A DNA stretch of 64,000 nt, taken from IMG/VR virus record IMGVR_UViG_3300046171_000202, positions 1,225 through 65,224 of that record; one strand, written 5' to 3'. The DNA is from a virus. Lineage: Duplodnaviria; Caudoviricetes. The notes under the pieces were generated by a model that did no database searches, was not told the DNA's origin, and saw nothing but the letters and a program-made list of their open reading frames with translations. Below, in pieces: positions 10,301-20,314 of the stretch (the stretch's first letter is position 1; each line of letters starts with the position of its first letter). A program made the position numbers and the translations under genes.

Positions 10301-13300
10301 TTAAACACAACTAACTTAGATAATGGAACAGCGGTAGGTTTACATTTAACGTACCCTGACACTTCGTTAACTGGTGGAGAAGGCATAGCTTTGGCTATGG
10401 GTATGAATGGTAGAGGTAGGTCGTACATAGCGAACCTGTCTGCAAGTACAAACAAAGATGCGTCAGATATGCTATTCTACACAGAGAATGGTAATGTTAT
10501 AGGTGAACGAATGCGTATTGATAGTTCTGGAAACGTAGGAATTGGTACAGCTAGTCCGGGTCATTTATTAGAAATAAATGGTACAGGAGATGCATTAAGC
10601 GTTGGTAATGATACTAACACTTTAACTTATATGCGTTTTGCTAACGAAAGAACGATGATTGGCTACTCTGGAGCAAACGCTGTTGTTCAGGGTGGGTTAA
10701 CTAAAGGAATTAGGTTCAACGTAAATAATAATACTTTTAACTCTGGTAATGCTATGGCTATTGATACCAGTGGTAACGTAGGTATTGGTACTACTAGTCC
10801 TGATAACGTATTTCATATAGTAAAAGACCAAGGTGGAGTTGCAAGCGCTTTAAAGTTAGAAAATAAAGCTGGAGCAAACAATAGTGGATTTGACATTGAT
10901 TTCCAACTAGCTTCATCTGGCTTGTCGGCTAAAATAGGAGCTATAAGAACAAATAATCCTGGTGCAGGAGATACTGATTTGTTTTTCTCTACGTCAACTG
11001 ATGGTGCTAACCTTGCAGAACGTATGCGTATCACCCACAACGGTAACGTAGGTATAGGAACAACTAGTCCGGGGGCTAAATTAGAAGTACGAAGTGACGG
11101 CTCGGCTGCTGGTGGGGCGGAAATTAGATTACAGCACGCTAATAACAATACCACTGATGTTGTTTCAACATTAAACTTTGCAAACAATGCGGGCTCTGTT
11201 GCGATGATACAAGGTGGTACAACTGGTGCGAACAATACAGGGTACATTTCTTTCTTTACTGACAATGCAGGTGCATCTTCTGAAAAGATGAGAATACTTG
11301 GCGGCGGTAACGTTGGTATCGGCACGACTAGCCCTGGAGCTAAACTAGATATTAAAGGGGATGGTGCAGACATATTTTTGCAATCAAATGACTTTAAAAT
11401 AGCCCGAATACAGCCAAGAGGTACTGGAGCAAATTTAGATAAAGGATTATTTTCTTTATTTGATGGTTCAACAGAAGACGTTAGAATTGACACTGAAGGA
11501 AGTTCTTGGTTAAACGGCGGCAACGTCGGAATCGGTACAACTAGTCCTAGCCAAAAATTAACCGTAGTTGGTAATACCTATATTTCAAGTGGTCTTTTAC
11601 TTTTGGATAACAATCAAGATATAAGATGGGGTGACGCTGGCGAAAGAATTACAGGGAATAATACTAACGGCTTAGTATTTACCACTAATAACCTTGAAAC
11701 CATGCGTATTAATTCTTCCGGCGACGTAGGAATTGGTACTACTAGTCCTGGGTATAAATTAGAAATTGCTGAAGACACAGATGGTACAGCAGATTTATTA
11801 ATGTTAAGAAACTCTGATTCTACGTATGCTCAAACTTGGGGATTCCAATCAGATACAAATAAAGATTTAGTAATTACAGGTTCAAGTGGTGTTGGCGGAT
11901 TTAAATTTGTTCCAGGATCAAGAGGTGCAACTTTTGCAGGGGATGTTTATATACCTTCAAAGTTAGAGCATACTGGAGATAGTGATACTTTTTTGAATTT
12001 TTCAGATGATACTATAACACTAAGCGCAGGTGGGTCTTCTACAACTTTTTCAGGTAATGGTAACTCAGCTTTTGCAGGGGATGTAACTTTAGCAGATAAC
12101 AAAAAATTAACTTTTGGAGCCGCACCTGACTTTGAGATATATCACAATTCTACAACAAACGTAAACCATATATCTTCACTACTCAGTAGACAATTGTCTA
12201 TAAGTTCAGATACAACAATTTTTTCTGGCAACGTCGGTATCGGGACTACTAGTCCTTCAGTTCCTTTAGATATTTTAGGACAAGATGGAACTACAGATGT
12301 AAGTAGTATAACTTATAATAATTTATTTAGATTTAGAGGAACAGATTCTGGTGGATTATTTTTCTTAGGTAAAACTTCTGACCAAGACCAAGTAATACAA
12401 ACAACTAATAATGATGCTGATTTAATTTTTGGAACTAGAACTGCTAGTGTTAATTATGATAGATTACATATACAAGGAAATACAGGTAACGTAGGTATCG
12501 GTACTACTAGTCCTGCTGCTAAGTTACACGTAGCTGGTTCTTCAGGTGCAATAGGCGGGACAGGTGTTACTTATTTAAACAATGCTGATGATGCCTTTTC
12601 TTTAGTAATTAATAATGCAGGAACTTCAGCACAAAATGACAGAGGAGTATTTGATGCAAGGGTAGGAGGTAGTTCTGTATTTAGAATTAACAATTCAAGC
12701 AACGTTGGTATAGGTACTACTAGTCCAGTTCAAAAATTACACATTAATAATAGTACCGCTTCTTCAGCATCTTACGCTAAATTTAGTAATGCTCAAACAG
12801 GAACTACAACTGCTGATGGATTTGATGTTGGGGTTAACACAGGCGATGATGCTATAATTTGGCAAAGAGAAAATAGTAACTTATTATTTGCTACTAGTAA
12901 TAGTGAAAAAATGCGTATTACAAGTGGTGGCAACGTAGGTATTGGCACTAGTAGTCCTACGTCATACGATGGTGACGCTGATGATTTAGTTGTTGCGACT
13001 TCTGGTAACACTGGAATTTCGTTACGTTCCTCTACCGTTGGTACAGGTAGTATTTTCTTTGCTGACGGAACAACTGGAGCAGAACGGTATCAAGGTGTTC
13101 TAAAATACAACCATTCCAACAATTCAATGGCATTTAGCACTTCTGCTACAGAAAGAATGCGTATTGATTCTTCTGGTAATGTTGGTATTTTAACAACCTC
13201 AATGTTAAACACTGCCACTAATAGAGGCTCACTTACCATAGGAGGAAGTGCTGCTGGAACAATAAATATTGGCAATGGCAGTATTAATTTTGGCATATAC

Positions 13301-13885
13301 GCTACTACCGCTGAATCAAGTATATACAGCTTAGGAGTTATGAAGTTTAGCGTTGGCTCTGGTCTTCCAGAGAGAATGCGCATCACCTCAGCAGGCAACG
13401 TCGGAATCGGTACAACTAGTCCTGCTTATAAATTAGATGTTACTGGAAATAGTACTTCTGGAGTTGTTGCTGTAAGAAATTCAGCCAATGGAAGAGATAC
13501 ATTCCGCTCTGAAAATGCAGCTGGAACAAGAACTTTAAATATAGGAAATGATGGTAGTGGGCACGGCGTTGTATTAGTTAGAAATTCAAGTGGTACAACT
13601 ACTAATTATATAGCTGGTAGTGGCAATTCTTATTTTAACGCAGGCAACGTTGGTATCGGGACTACTAGTCCTGGCGCTAGATTACACGTTAAAGATTCAA
13701 TTAGAATAGATACAGTATCTGCTCCAAACCAAGCACCACAACCACAGACCCAATCACCAACGCAAGCTATAATTAAGAACGCAAGTAGTAACCCTTCATA
13801 TGATTTTTATTTATCAGAACCTGATGAGTGGTTGTTAGTCAACATAAACGGAACGGATTATGTACTACCAGCATACGAAGCATGA
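7367..13885 (+). CDS. Long tail fibre / receptor-binding protein with about 22 GNVGIGTTSP repeats
   Basis: 2172 aa; repeated (ERMRI)xxxGNVGIGTTSPxxKL units separated by variable beta-rich spacers. Confidence 0.85.
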   Translation: MGDIKFYSPVDFDDTSSGVTIEGDLTANKGVEFTGGSIGQAKTVLHTNNVLYTRGGSGGMFLQNADGSDGILISNDHIKVETGGLERLRINGSGNVGIGTTSPQTKLHLATTSSSTLTIQNTTNSGNATLNFRDEGDNDQFQIYYALGANRSYNLVNGNGLTIYSSQSSSEIARFGNASSGYTDSYFTGNVGIGTTSPAEELTVSGDSNITGKLAVGASAAHGTYHFYNQLTAYFNGAVTIDDTLTQTGGGNSTFSGNVGIGTTSPTHLLTLETTSSPGLKIKDTTQGATLLAFSQDSNSHIGTYSSHPLVLDTNSSERMRITSAGNVGIGTTAPTRLLTLENDTGTVTNNSQLRINNQGDGDAYIYLYAGSDWSLGVDNSDGDKFKIVSSNDVSDEAGALEIDRSNNATFAGDVKADTHFTSSDTNVTLSTNSDGTVFLRPNGKGSTTAQSTFTTSLASIGTNATFAGNVGIGYNAPYDILHLHNSTNSGTPDAQMNFTTGVTGAADGNGFRVGWNGSVANLFLFENADMRFATNNNEKMRITSGGNVGIGTTSPSEKLHVAGDVKIEGDLHLEGDLDFRVINSSGFGQPEIRLPNFVDTFWRADRRFTLSVTGGQSAAAVANLFNGSYGNLVNFAASSTHVITINVANQSGVSANGFTYPQGYIYFSFYSTTNNYDSISGRVKDKDGNYHNMSGLTDIISNNTSYKVMRLTVPSNNYAVEYELTLVTNTNNVRLAAINYVSTRHTSQMELPYLSKTLDTNSLFGNVDVLTNASADQNRLSGTGNSYLAASTGNVGVGTTSPGAKLDVVASDVSVVPNGSSSAVFRRNGDNYISILSSTSGEGGVLFGNSSDAVDGWVAYKNGSGNQYMTIGTADTERMRITSGGNVGIGTTNPSQKLHINGGAMYITDGTYGGYIGKGSDLITTAAASDLGVRSEANMVFSTGGYVEKMRITSAGKVGIGTTSPDTKLHVEQGLATLNTTNLDNGTAVGLHLTYPDTSLTGGEGIALAMGMNGRGRSYIANLSASTNKDASDMLFYTENGNVIGERMRIDSSGNVGIGTASPGHLLEINGTGDALSVGNDTNTLTYMRFANERTMIGYSGANAVVQGGLTKGIRFNVNNNTFNSGNAMAIDTSGNVGIGTTSPDNVFHIVKDQGGVASALKLENKAGANNSGFDIDFQLASSGLSAKIGAIRTNNPGAGDTDLFFSTSTDGANLAERMRITHNGNVGIGTTSPGAKLEVRSDGSAAGGAEIRLQHANNNTTDVVSTLNFANNAGSVAMIQGGTTGANNTGYISFFTDNAGASSEKMRILGGGNVGIGTTSPGAKLDIKGDGADIFLQSNDFKIARIQPRGTGANLDKGLFSLFDGSTEDVRIDTEGSSWLNGGNVGIGTTSPSQKLTVVGNTYISSGLLLLDNNQDIRWGDAGERITGNNTNGLVFTTNNLETMRINSSGDVGIGTTSPGYKLEIAEDTDGTADLLMLRNSDSTYAQTWGFQSDTNKDLVITGSSGVGGFKFVPGSRGATFAGDVYIPSKLEHTGDSDTFLNFSDDTITLSAGGSSTTFSGNGNSAFAGDVTLADNKKLTFGAAPDFEIYHNSTTNVNHISSLLSRQLSISSDTTIFSGNVGIGTTSPSVPLDILGQDGTTDVSSITYNNLFRFRGTDSGGLFFLGKTSDQDQVIQTTNNDADLIFGTRTASVNYDRLHIQGNTGNVGIGTTSPAAKLHVAGSSGAIGGTGVTYLNNADDAFSLVINNAGTSAQNDRGVFDARVGGSSVFRINNSSNVGIGTTSPVQKLHINNSTASSASYAKFSNAQTGTTTADGFDVGVNTGDDAIIWQRENSNLLFATSNSEKMRITSGGNVGIGTSSPTSYDGDADDLVVATSGNTGISLRSSTVGTGSIFFADGTTGAERYQGVLKYNHSNNSMAFSTSATERMRIDSSGNVGILTTSMLNTATNRGSLTIGGSAAGTINIGNGSINFGIYATTAESSIYSLGVMKFSVGSGLPERMRITSAGNVGIGTTSPAYKLDVTGNSTSGVVAVRNSANGRDTFRSENAAGTRTLNIGNDGSGHGVVLVRNSSGTTTNYIAGSGNSYFNAGNVGIGTTSPGARLHVKDSIRIDTVSAPNQAPQPQTQSPTQAIIKNASSNPSYDFYLSEPDEWLLVNINGTDYVLPAYEA
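7645..13680 (+). repeat. Dispersed intragenic repeat ggYaaYgtNggNatHggNacNactagtcc encoding GNVGIGTTSP
   Basis: About 22 copies counted by eye in the translation; nucleotide core actagtcc recurs. Confidence 0.85.
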
Positions 13886-14004
13886 TAAAATTAACACCTG
13901 AATTAAGAAAAAAAATAGAAGATCAAGGTAAAAAACTAATACCTATAACTTTAAAACAACTTAGCAAAGCTAAAAAATTAACAAATAAAAACAAAAAAAA
14001 ATGA
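13882..14004 (+). CDS. Small basic protein, 40 aa (MIKLTPELRKKIEDQGKKLIPITLKQLSKAKKLTNKNKKK), not in the ORF track
   Basis: ATGA overlaps with both flanking genes. Confidence 0.6.
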   Translation: MIKLTPELRKKIEDQGKKLIPITLKQLSKAKKLTNKNKKK

Positions 14005-14321
14005 TTAATTACAATTGGAACTGTAAAACAGTAGACGTAAAACCTACAGAAGGAGATTTAAGCAACGTAGTGTACAATGTACATTGGATAGTTGAGGCTT
14101 CAAAAGGTGACATTAGCACAACATCTATAGGCACTAAGCAGATAGAGATAGATGAAGATGTAGACTTTGTAGACTTTGATGATTTAACAAATGCAACAGT
14201 AGTTGGATGGGTTAAAGCAGCTATGGGTGAAGATGAAGTAGATGCTATAGAAGCTGGTTTAGCTGCAGCTATTGCAGAAAAAGAAAACCCTACATCTGTA
14301 ACTATGACCATAGAAGACTAA
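14001..14321 (+). CDS. Acidic tail-fibre-associated protein (possible assembly chaperone)
   Basis: Follows the fibre gene; VVYNVHW…FDDLTNATVVGWVKAAMG pattern common next to marine phage fibres. Confidence 0.55.
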   Translation: MINYNWNCKTVDVKPTEGDLSNVVYNVHWIVEASKGDISTTSIGTKQIEIDEDVDFVDFDDLTNATVVGWVKAAMGEDEVDAIEAGLAAAIAEKENPTSVTMTIED

Positions 14322-14381
14322 TATTAGTAAAAAACGTGAAAATAGCGTAATAATATAGGAGTAAACAAATTAAATTTTATT

Positions 14382-14630
14382 ATGGACTTAAAAATTAAAG
14401 ACGAACAATTAACAAAGCTACAGGCTTTAGTAAATCAGATCAGCCAAACACAAATGGAGCTTGGCCAAGTTGAATCTAGAAAATTTGACTTAATAGCAGC
14501 TATCCCTGCTTTTAGAAAAGAATTAGAAGTTTTTCAAAAAGAGCTTGAAGAAGAGTACGGCAAAGTTACTATTAATGTACAAGACGGAACAATCAAGCAA
14601 GAGGAAGATGGAGCTAATAAGGAAGATTAG
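14382..14630 (+). CDS. Small coiled-coil hypothetical protein
   Basis: 82 aa, heptad pattern, ends ELEEEYGKVTINVQDGTI. Confidence 0.7.
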   Translation: MDLKIKDEQLTKLQALVNQISQTQMELGQVESRKFDLIAAIPAFRKELEVFQKELEEEYGKVTINVQDGTIKQEEDGANKED

Positions 14631-14826
14631 TATAGGTAAAGATTATAAGAACGAAGCAATGCATTACTCCGTAGGCCAAGAGGTTTACGGAGGACATGTA
14701 ATAGATTCGATACTTGAAGAAGATGAAAAGTATAGGATTTACATTACTAAAAATAATGAGGTTTTGCCATGGAAAGACTTTAACAAGAACATGGCTATTG
14801 CAGTTGAATATAATTTAGAATATTAA
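14608..14826 (+). CDS. Hypothetical protein (MELIRKISIGKDYK…); probable start 14608
   Basis: In-frame ATG overlapping the upstream gene end is more plausible than 14545. Confidence 0.65.
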   Translation: MELIRKISIGKDYKNEAMHYSVGQEVYGGHVIDSILEEDEKYRIYITKNNEVLPWKDFNKNMAIAVEYNLEY

Positions 14827-15422
14827 TGCACGGTTGGGATAGTTTTATAGTGTCACCTATTAGATCAAGATATGACAACACTAAGAAAGTTGGCGATGTA
14901 GATCTTATATTAAACACTGAGATATTTACTCATAAGAACGTAAGCAATAACGCTATAGTTGTTGGTTTGCCAAAGAATAAAAAAACTGATATACAAGTTG
15001 GTGATGAGGTTATCATACACCATAATGTATTTAGAAGATGGCATGACGTCAGGGGCAAAGAACAGAACAGTAGAAGTTTTTTTACTGAAGACAAGTACTT
15101 TGTTAGCGACGATCAGTTATACATATATAAACACAACGAAGAATGGAAATCACTAGATGACTATTGCTTTGTAAAACCTATAGCTAACGATGATATGTTT
15201 TCTTTAGAAAAAGAAAAACCATTAGTTGGTATAGTTAAATACTCTAATGATATTTTAGAAAGCGTAGGTATAAAAGTAGGAGATAAGGTAGGGTTTATAC
15301 CTAATAGTGAGTTTGAGTTTATTATAGATGGCGAGCGTGTTTATAGAGTAAGAACAAAAGTAATTACAATTAAATATGAACACGAAGGAGAAGAAAGAGA
15401 GTATAATCCAAGCTGGGTATAA
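14826..15422 (+). CDS. Protein with two GroES-like segments (second co-chaperonin-like gene)
   Basis: IQVGDEVIIHHNV and GIKVGDKVGF…FIIDGERVYRVR both match the Cpn10 VKVGDxV…IDGExY pattern. Confidence 0.55.
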   Translation: MHGWDSFIVSPIRSRYDNTKKVGDVDLILNTEIFTHKNVSNNAIVVGLPKNKKTDIQVGDEVIIHHNVFRRWHDVRGKEQNSRSFFTEDKYFVSDDQLYIYKHNEEWKSLDDYCFVKPIANDDMFSLEKEKPLVGIVKYSNDILESVGIKVGDKVGFIPNSEFEFIIDGERVYRVRTKVITIKYEHEGEEREYNPSWV

Positions 15423-15651
15423 AGCAGTCGAAGAGCTAATTAAAGTAGCGCAAGAAAAAATCATTACAAATACCGAAGATGATGTTTCTGCCGATAGACT
15501 TAAAAACGCTGCTGCTACAAAAAAACTAGCTATATTCGACGCCTTTGAAATATTAAATCGTATTGAAAACGAAAAAGCTGTTTTAGAAAACAAACCTGTA
15601 GAAGATAAATCTGTCGCGTTTAGCGGCTTTGCTGAAAGGAGGAGTAAGTAA
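15376..15651 (+). CDS. Putative terminase small subunit
   Basis: Small helical protein coupled directly to the large terminase start; call is positional. Confidence 0.45.
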   Translation: MNTKEKKESIIQAGYKAVEELIKVAQEKIITNTEDDVSADRLKNAAATKKLAIFDAFEILNRIENEKAVLENKPVEDKSVAFSGFAERRSK

Positions 15652-17855
15652 TGTATCAGCAGAGTTTATATAAAATAGTTGACGATCACGTACCTATTAA
15701 TTCAATAAAAAGATTAAATAAAGCTAAACGTTGGGAATACGGCTACAATAAAGAACACGATATTGTTGTAATAAGTAAGACTGGTAAGATAGGTGAAATA
15801 TACGAAATACAAAACCTAAAAATAGCTTTACCACCAATAAATAACGCTCATAAGTTTAAAAGTGATAAATGGGAGGTGACTCCTTATCCTAAGGAACTCA
15901 ATAGAGTGAAAACTATATTTGACTGGAAAGAACTACCAAACGAATTTAAAAACGAATATATAGATTACATTGAAAGCGAATTTAAGAAAAGAGAAGAGGG
16001 TTTTTGGTTTTACAACAATGGTAAGCCTACTTATATTACTGGTACTCACTATATGTACCTTCAATGGTCAAAGATTGATGTCGGTAACCCAGACTTTAGG
16101 GAAGCCAACAGATTATTCTATATATTTTGGGAGGCATGCAAAGCAGACAAAAGGTCTTATGGAATGTGCTATCTTAAAAATCGTCGATCAGGATTCTCAT
16201 TTATGGCTTCAGGAGAAACTGTTAATCAGGCAACTATTAGTTCAGATGCACGATTCGGAATTTTGTCCAAATCTGGGCCAGACGCCAAGAAGATGTTCAC
16301 AGATAAAGTTGTACCAATATCAGTCAATTATCCATTCTTTTTTAAACCAATACAAGACGGAATGGACAGACCAAAGACCGAGCTCGCATACAGAGTCCCC
16401 GCTTCTAAACTTACAAGACGGAACATTACTAGCACCGACAAACCTGAGGAACTCGATGGATTGGATACAACCATAGATTGGAAGAATACTGGTGATAACA
16501 GTTATGATGGTGAAAAATTAAGATTGTTAGTGCACGATGAAAGTGGCAAATGGGATAAACCAAATAACATACTTAATAACTGGCGAGTTACAAAAACTTG
16601 TCTTAGATTAGGTAGTAGAGTTATTGGTAAATGCATGATGGGATCTACTAGTAACGCGCTAGACAAAGGTGGTAACGAATTTAAAAAACTTTATTATGAT
16701 TCAGATGTTACAAAACGAAACAGAAATGGACAGACAAATTCGGGCCTCTATTCTTTGTTCATACCTATGGAATGGAACTACGAGGGATTCATTGATTCTT
16801 ATGGACTACCTGTGTTCGAAACACCTGAACAAGAGGTTGTTGACCCACAAGGAGATTTAATAGACGTAGGCGTACTTAGCCATTGGCAAAATGAAGCAGA
16901 AGGCTTAAAGTCTGATCAAGATGCTTTAAACGAGTTTTATAGACAGTTTCCTAGAACTGAAGAACACGCCTTTAGAGATGAAACTAAAAATAGTATATTT
17001 AATTTAACTAAAATATACGAGCAGATAGATTACAACGAAGAAACTGTTGATCTTAATGTCGGTAACTTTCAATGGTTAAATGGAGTTAAAGATACTAAGG
17101 TAATGTTTTTACCAAATCAAAAAGGTAGATTCAAAGTGAACTGGGTACCACCGATACATATTCAAAACAAGATGGTGTTGAAGAACGGTGTAAAACATCC
17201 TGGCAACGAGCATATGGGCGCTTTTGGTTGTGACTCTTACGATATATCAGGTACAGTAGATGGCAGAGGATCTAAAGGATCTTTACATGGACTTACAAAG
17301 TTTAGTATGGAAGATGCGCCAGCAAATGAGTTCTTTTTAGAATACATAGCAAGGCCTCAGACAGCTGAAATGTTCTTTGAAGACGTTTTAATGGCGTTAG
17401 TTTTTTATGGAATGCCACTACTCGCAGAGAATAACAAGCCAAGATTACTTTATTATTTAAAAAGAAGAGGCTACAGAGGATTTTCAATGAATAGACCTGA
17501 TAAAGTATGGAACAAACTATCTGTTGCTGAAAGAGAAGTTGGTGGAATGCCAAACTCAAGTGAAGACATAAAGCAAGCTCATGCAGCTGCAATAGAAATG
17601 TATATCAACGATCACGTTGGCGAAACAAGCCAAGGATTTGGTTCTATGCCTTTTAATGAAACGTTAAATGATTGGGCTAAGTTTGATATAACAAGAAGAA
17701 CCAAGTTTGATGCTACAATAAGCTCTGGTCTAGCTATAATGGCTTGCAACAGGCATTTGTATTCACCAAGACAAAATATAGAGAAACAAAAAATTAACTT
17801 AACTATAGCCAGGTATAAAAATAAAGGCTACAATTCAAAACTAATAGAAAGATAA
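15651..17855 (+). CDS. terL: Terminase large subunit
   Basis: Walker A-like KNRRSGFS, Walker B LLVHDESGKW, STSN motif, nuclease-domain FGCDSYD and late FDATISSGLA; precedes portal. Confidence 0.9.
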   Translation: MYQQSLYKIVDDHVPINSIKRLNKAKRWEYGYNKEHDIVVISKTGKIGEIYEIQNLKIALPPINNAHKFKSDKWEVTPYPKELNRVKTIFDWKELPNEFKNEYIDYIESEFKKREEGFWFYNNGKPTYITGTHYMYLQWSKIDVGNPDFREANRLFYIFWEACKADKRSYGMCYLKNRRSGFSFMASGETVNQATISSDARFGILSKSGPDAKKMFTDKVVPISVNYPFFFKPIQDGMDRPKTELAYRVPASKLTRRNITSTDKPEELDGLDTTIDWKNTGDNSYDGEKLRLLVHDESGKWDKPNNILNNWRVTKTCLRLGSRVIGKCMMGSTSNALDKGGNEFKKLYYDSDVTKRNRNGQTNSGLYSLFIPMEWNYEGFIDSYGLPVFETPEQEVVDPQGDLIDVGVLSHWQNEAEGLKSDQDALNEFYRQFPRTEEHAFRDETKNSIFNLTKIYEQIDYNEETVDLNVGNFQWLNGVKDTKVMFLPNQKGRFKVNWVPPIHIQNKMVLKNGVKHPGNEHMGAFGCDSYDISGTVDGRGSKGSLHGLTKFSMEDAPANEFFLEYIARPQTAEMFFEDVLMALVFYGMPLLAENNKPRLLYYLKRRGYRGFSMNRPDKVWNKLSVAEREVGGMPNSSEDIKQAHAAAIEMYINDHVGETSQGFGSMPFNETLNDWAKFDITRRTKFDATISSGLAIMACNRHLYSPRQNIEKQKINLTIARYKNKGYNSKLIER

Positions 17856-17856
17856 T

Positions 17857-20283
17857 ATGGCTGAGTCAGTTACATCACATTATTTTCCTAGTCAAGTTGT
17901 TAGTGATATAGAGAAAAGCTCGAAAGAGTATGGACTTAAAATAGGTAAAGCTATTGAGTACGAGTGGTTCAAAAGAGACACTGGTACAAATAGGTTTGCA
18001 AGTAATCAAAACAACTTTCATAAGCTACGCTTATACGCTAGAGGAGAACAAGCAATACAAAAGTACAAAGATGAGTTGTCAATAAATGGCGACTTAAGCT
18101 ATTTAAACTTAGACTGGAAGCCAGTACCTATTATACCTAAATTCGTTGATATAGTTGTTAACGGAATATCAGAAAGAACTTTCGATATAAAAGCATATTC
18201 GCAAGATCCATATGGAGTTTCTAAAAGAACTAAATATATGGAAAATATACTTGCTGATATGAAAACTAGAGATTTAAATAATTTCGTTCAAGAAGAGTTC
18301 GGCATGTCTATATCATCTACACCGCCAGATCAACTTCCTGACACGGAAGAAGAGCTTCAGCTACATATGCAGCTAAACTACAAACAAGCTGTAGAAATAG
18401 CGGAGGAACAAGCTATTAACACTATACTAGAAGGCAATAGGTACGAGCTAATAAAGAAAAGAGTTAACTACGATTTAACAGTGTTAGGCATCGGTGCCGT
18501 CAAAAATACTTTTACAAAATCCGAAGGAGTTAAAGTAGAGTATGTAGATCCAGCAAATATAGTTTATTCATACACTGAGTCACCATACTTTGACGACATA
18601 TATTACATAGGTGAAATAAAAACAGTACCTATCAATGAGCTTAAAAAAGAGTTTCCTGATCTTACTAACGAAGATCTAGAAAAGATGAGCAAACAAGGTT
18701 ATCAGTCTACTGGTTTTTATAATAGAAGTTTAGCTGAGTCTACTAACTTAGATAGAAACCAAGTTCAAGTCTTGTATTTCAACTTTAAGACTTTTGCTAA
18801 CGAGGTATACAAAGTAAAAGAAACTTCTACAGGAGCTAGTAAAGTAATAATTAAAGACGATCAGTTTAATCCACCTAACGAATTATTAGAAGAAAGATTT
18901 GGCAAAATGGCTAGACAAATTGAAGTGCTTTACGAAGGAGCTTTAGTTTTAGGTACTAGTCAATTATTAAAGTGGGAGTTAGCTAAAAACATGATGAGAC
19001 CTAAAAGTGATTACACTAAGGTCAAAATGAATTACTCAGTAGTTGCTCCTAGGATGTATAAAGGTAAGATTGAGTCGTTGGTCAGTAGAATAACTACTTT
19101 TGCTGACATGATACAAATAACTCACCTCAAGCTTCAGCAGGTTATGTCTAGGATGGTGCCGGATGGTATCTACGTAGATGCTGACGGCTTGGCTGAAATA
19201 GATTTAGGTAACGGAACAAATTATAATCCGCAAGAAGCTTTAAACATGTTCTTCCAGACAGGTAGTATAATTGGTAGATCTATGACTGCTGATGGAGATA
19301 TGAATCCAGGTAAAGTGCCTATTCAAGAGATACAGAGCGGCTCAGGAGGAGCTAAATTAACTTCACTGATACAAACATATAACTACTACCTACAAATGAT
19401 CAGAGATGTCACCGGATTGAACGAGGCGCGTGATGGTAGTACCCCAGATAAAAATGCCTTAGTAGGTATACAAAAAATGGCAGCAGCAAATTCAAACACT
19501 GCTACTAGGCATATACTACAAAGCGGCTTATTCTTAACAGCTGAGCTTGCAGAGTGTATATCTCTAAGAATATCTGATATTATAGAGTACTCTCCAACAA
19601 GAGATGCTTTCATACAAAAGATAGGTGGTCACAATGTAGCCACACTAAAAGAGATGGGTGATTTACATTTGTATGATTTTGGTATATTTATAGAACTAGC
19701 GCCCGATGAAGAGCAAAAACAAATGCTTGAAAACAATATTCAAGTAGCATTATCTAGAAATGGCATAGAGCTAGAAGATGCCATTGATGTTAGAGAAATT
19801 AAAAATGTAAAGCTCGCGAATCAAGTATTAAAAATACGAAGAAAAAAGAAAGCAGAACAAGATCAACTTATACAGCAACAAAACATACAAGCTCAAGCGC
19901 AAGCAAATGCACAAGCCCAACAGGTAGCTGCTCAAGCTGAAATGCAAAAAAATCAAGCAATGGCTCAGACTACAATTCAAGTAGATCAAAGCAAGATGCA
20001 GATGGAAATGCAGAAAATGCAGCAAGAAGCTATGCTTAAGAAAGAGCTCATGAATCACGAGTTTCAGTTAAACATGCAAATTAAGCAAATGGAGACTGAA
20101 ATACTAAAAGAGCGTGAAAAGCAAAAAGAAGATCGTAAAGATGAAAGAACTAAAATTCAAGCTACACAACAGTCTGAATTAATAGATCAAAGAAAAAAAG
20201 AAAGTCCACCTAAAAACTTCGAGTCATCGGGTAATGATATAATGGGTGGCGGTTTTGGATTAAATGCTTTTGATCCAAGATAA
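17857..20283 (+). CDS. Portal protein
   Basis: 808 aa after terL; PIIPKFVDIVVNG motif and Gln-rich coiled-coil C-terminus typical of podovirus/crAss-like portals. Confidence 0.85.
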   Translation: MAESVTSHYFPSQVVSDIEKSSKEYGLKIGKAIEYEWFKRDTGTNRFASNQNNFHKLRLYARGEQAIQKYKDELSINGDLSYLNLDWKPVPIIPKFVDIVVNGISERTFDIKAYSQDPYGVSKRTKYMENILADMKTRDLNNFVQEEFGMSISSTPPDQLPDTEEELQLHMQLNYKQAVEIAEEQAINTILEGNRYELIKKRVNYDLTVLGIGAVKNTFTKSEGVKVEYVDPANIVYSYTESPYFDDIYYIGEIKTVPINELKKEFPDLTNEDLEKMSKQGYQSTGFYNRSLAESTNLDRNQVQVLYFNFKTFANEVYKVKETSTGASKVIIKDDQFNPPNELLEERFGKMARQIEVLYEGALVLGTSQLLKWELAKNMMRPKSDYTKVKMNYSVVAPRMYKGKIESLVSRITTFADMIQITHLKLQQVMSRMVPDGIYVDADGLAEIDLGNGTNYNPQEALNMFFQTGSIIGRSMTADGDMNPGKVPIQEIQSGSGGAKLTSLIQTYNYYLQMIRDVTGLNEARDGSTPDKNALVGIQKMAAANSNTATRHILQSGLFLTAELAECISLRISDIIEYSPTRDAFIQKIGGHNVATLKEMGDLHLYDFGIFIELAPDEEQKQMLENNIQVALSRNGIELEDAIDVREIKNVKLANQVLKIRRKKKAEQDQLIQQQNIQAQAQANAQAQQVAAQAEMQKNQAMAQTTIQVDQSKMQMEMQKMQQEAMLKKELMNHEFQLNMQIKQMETEILKEREKQKEDRKDERTKIQATQQSELIDQRKKESPPKNFESSGNDIMGGGFGLNAFDPR

Positions 20284-20314
20284 CTACAATTGTACAATTT
20301 TATAATATTTTATT

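Noticed and set aside
7367-13885. Diversity-generating retroelement or invertase shufflon acting on the tail fibre
   Set aside because: No reverse transcriptase or recombinase gene, no adenine-specific TR/VR pair and no inverted cassettes seen
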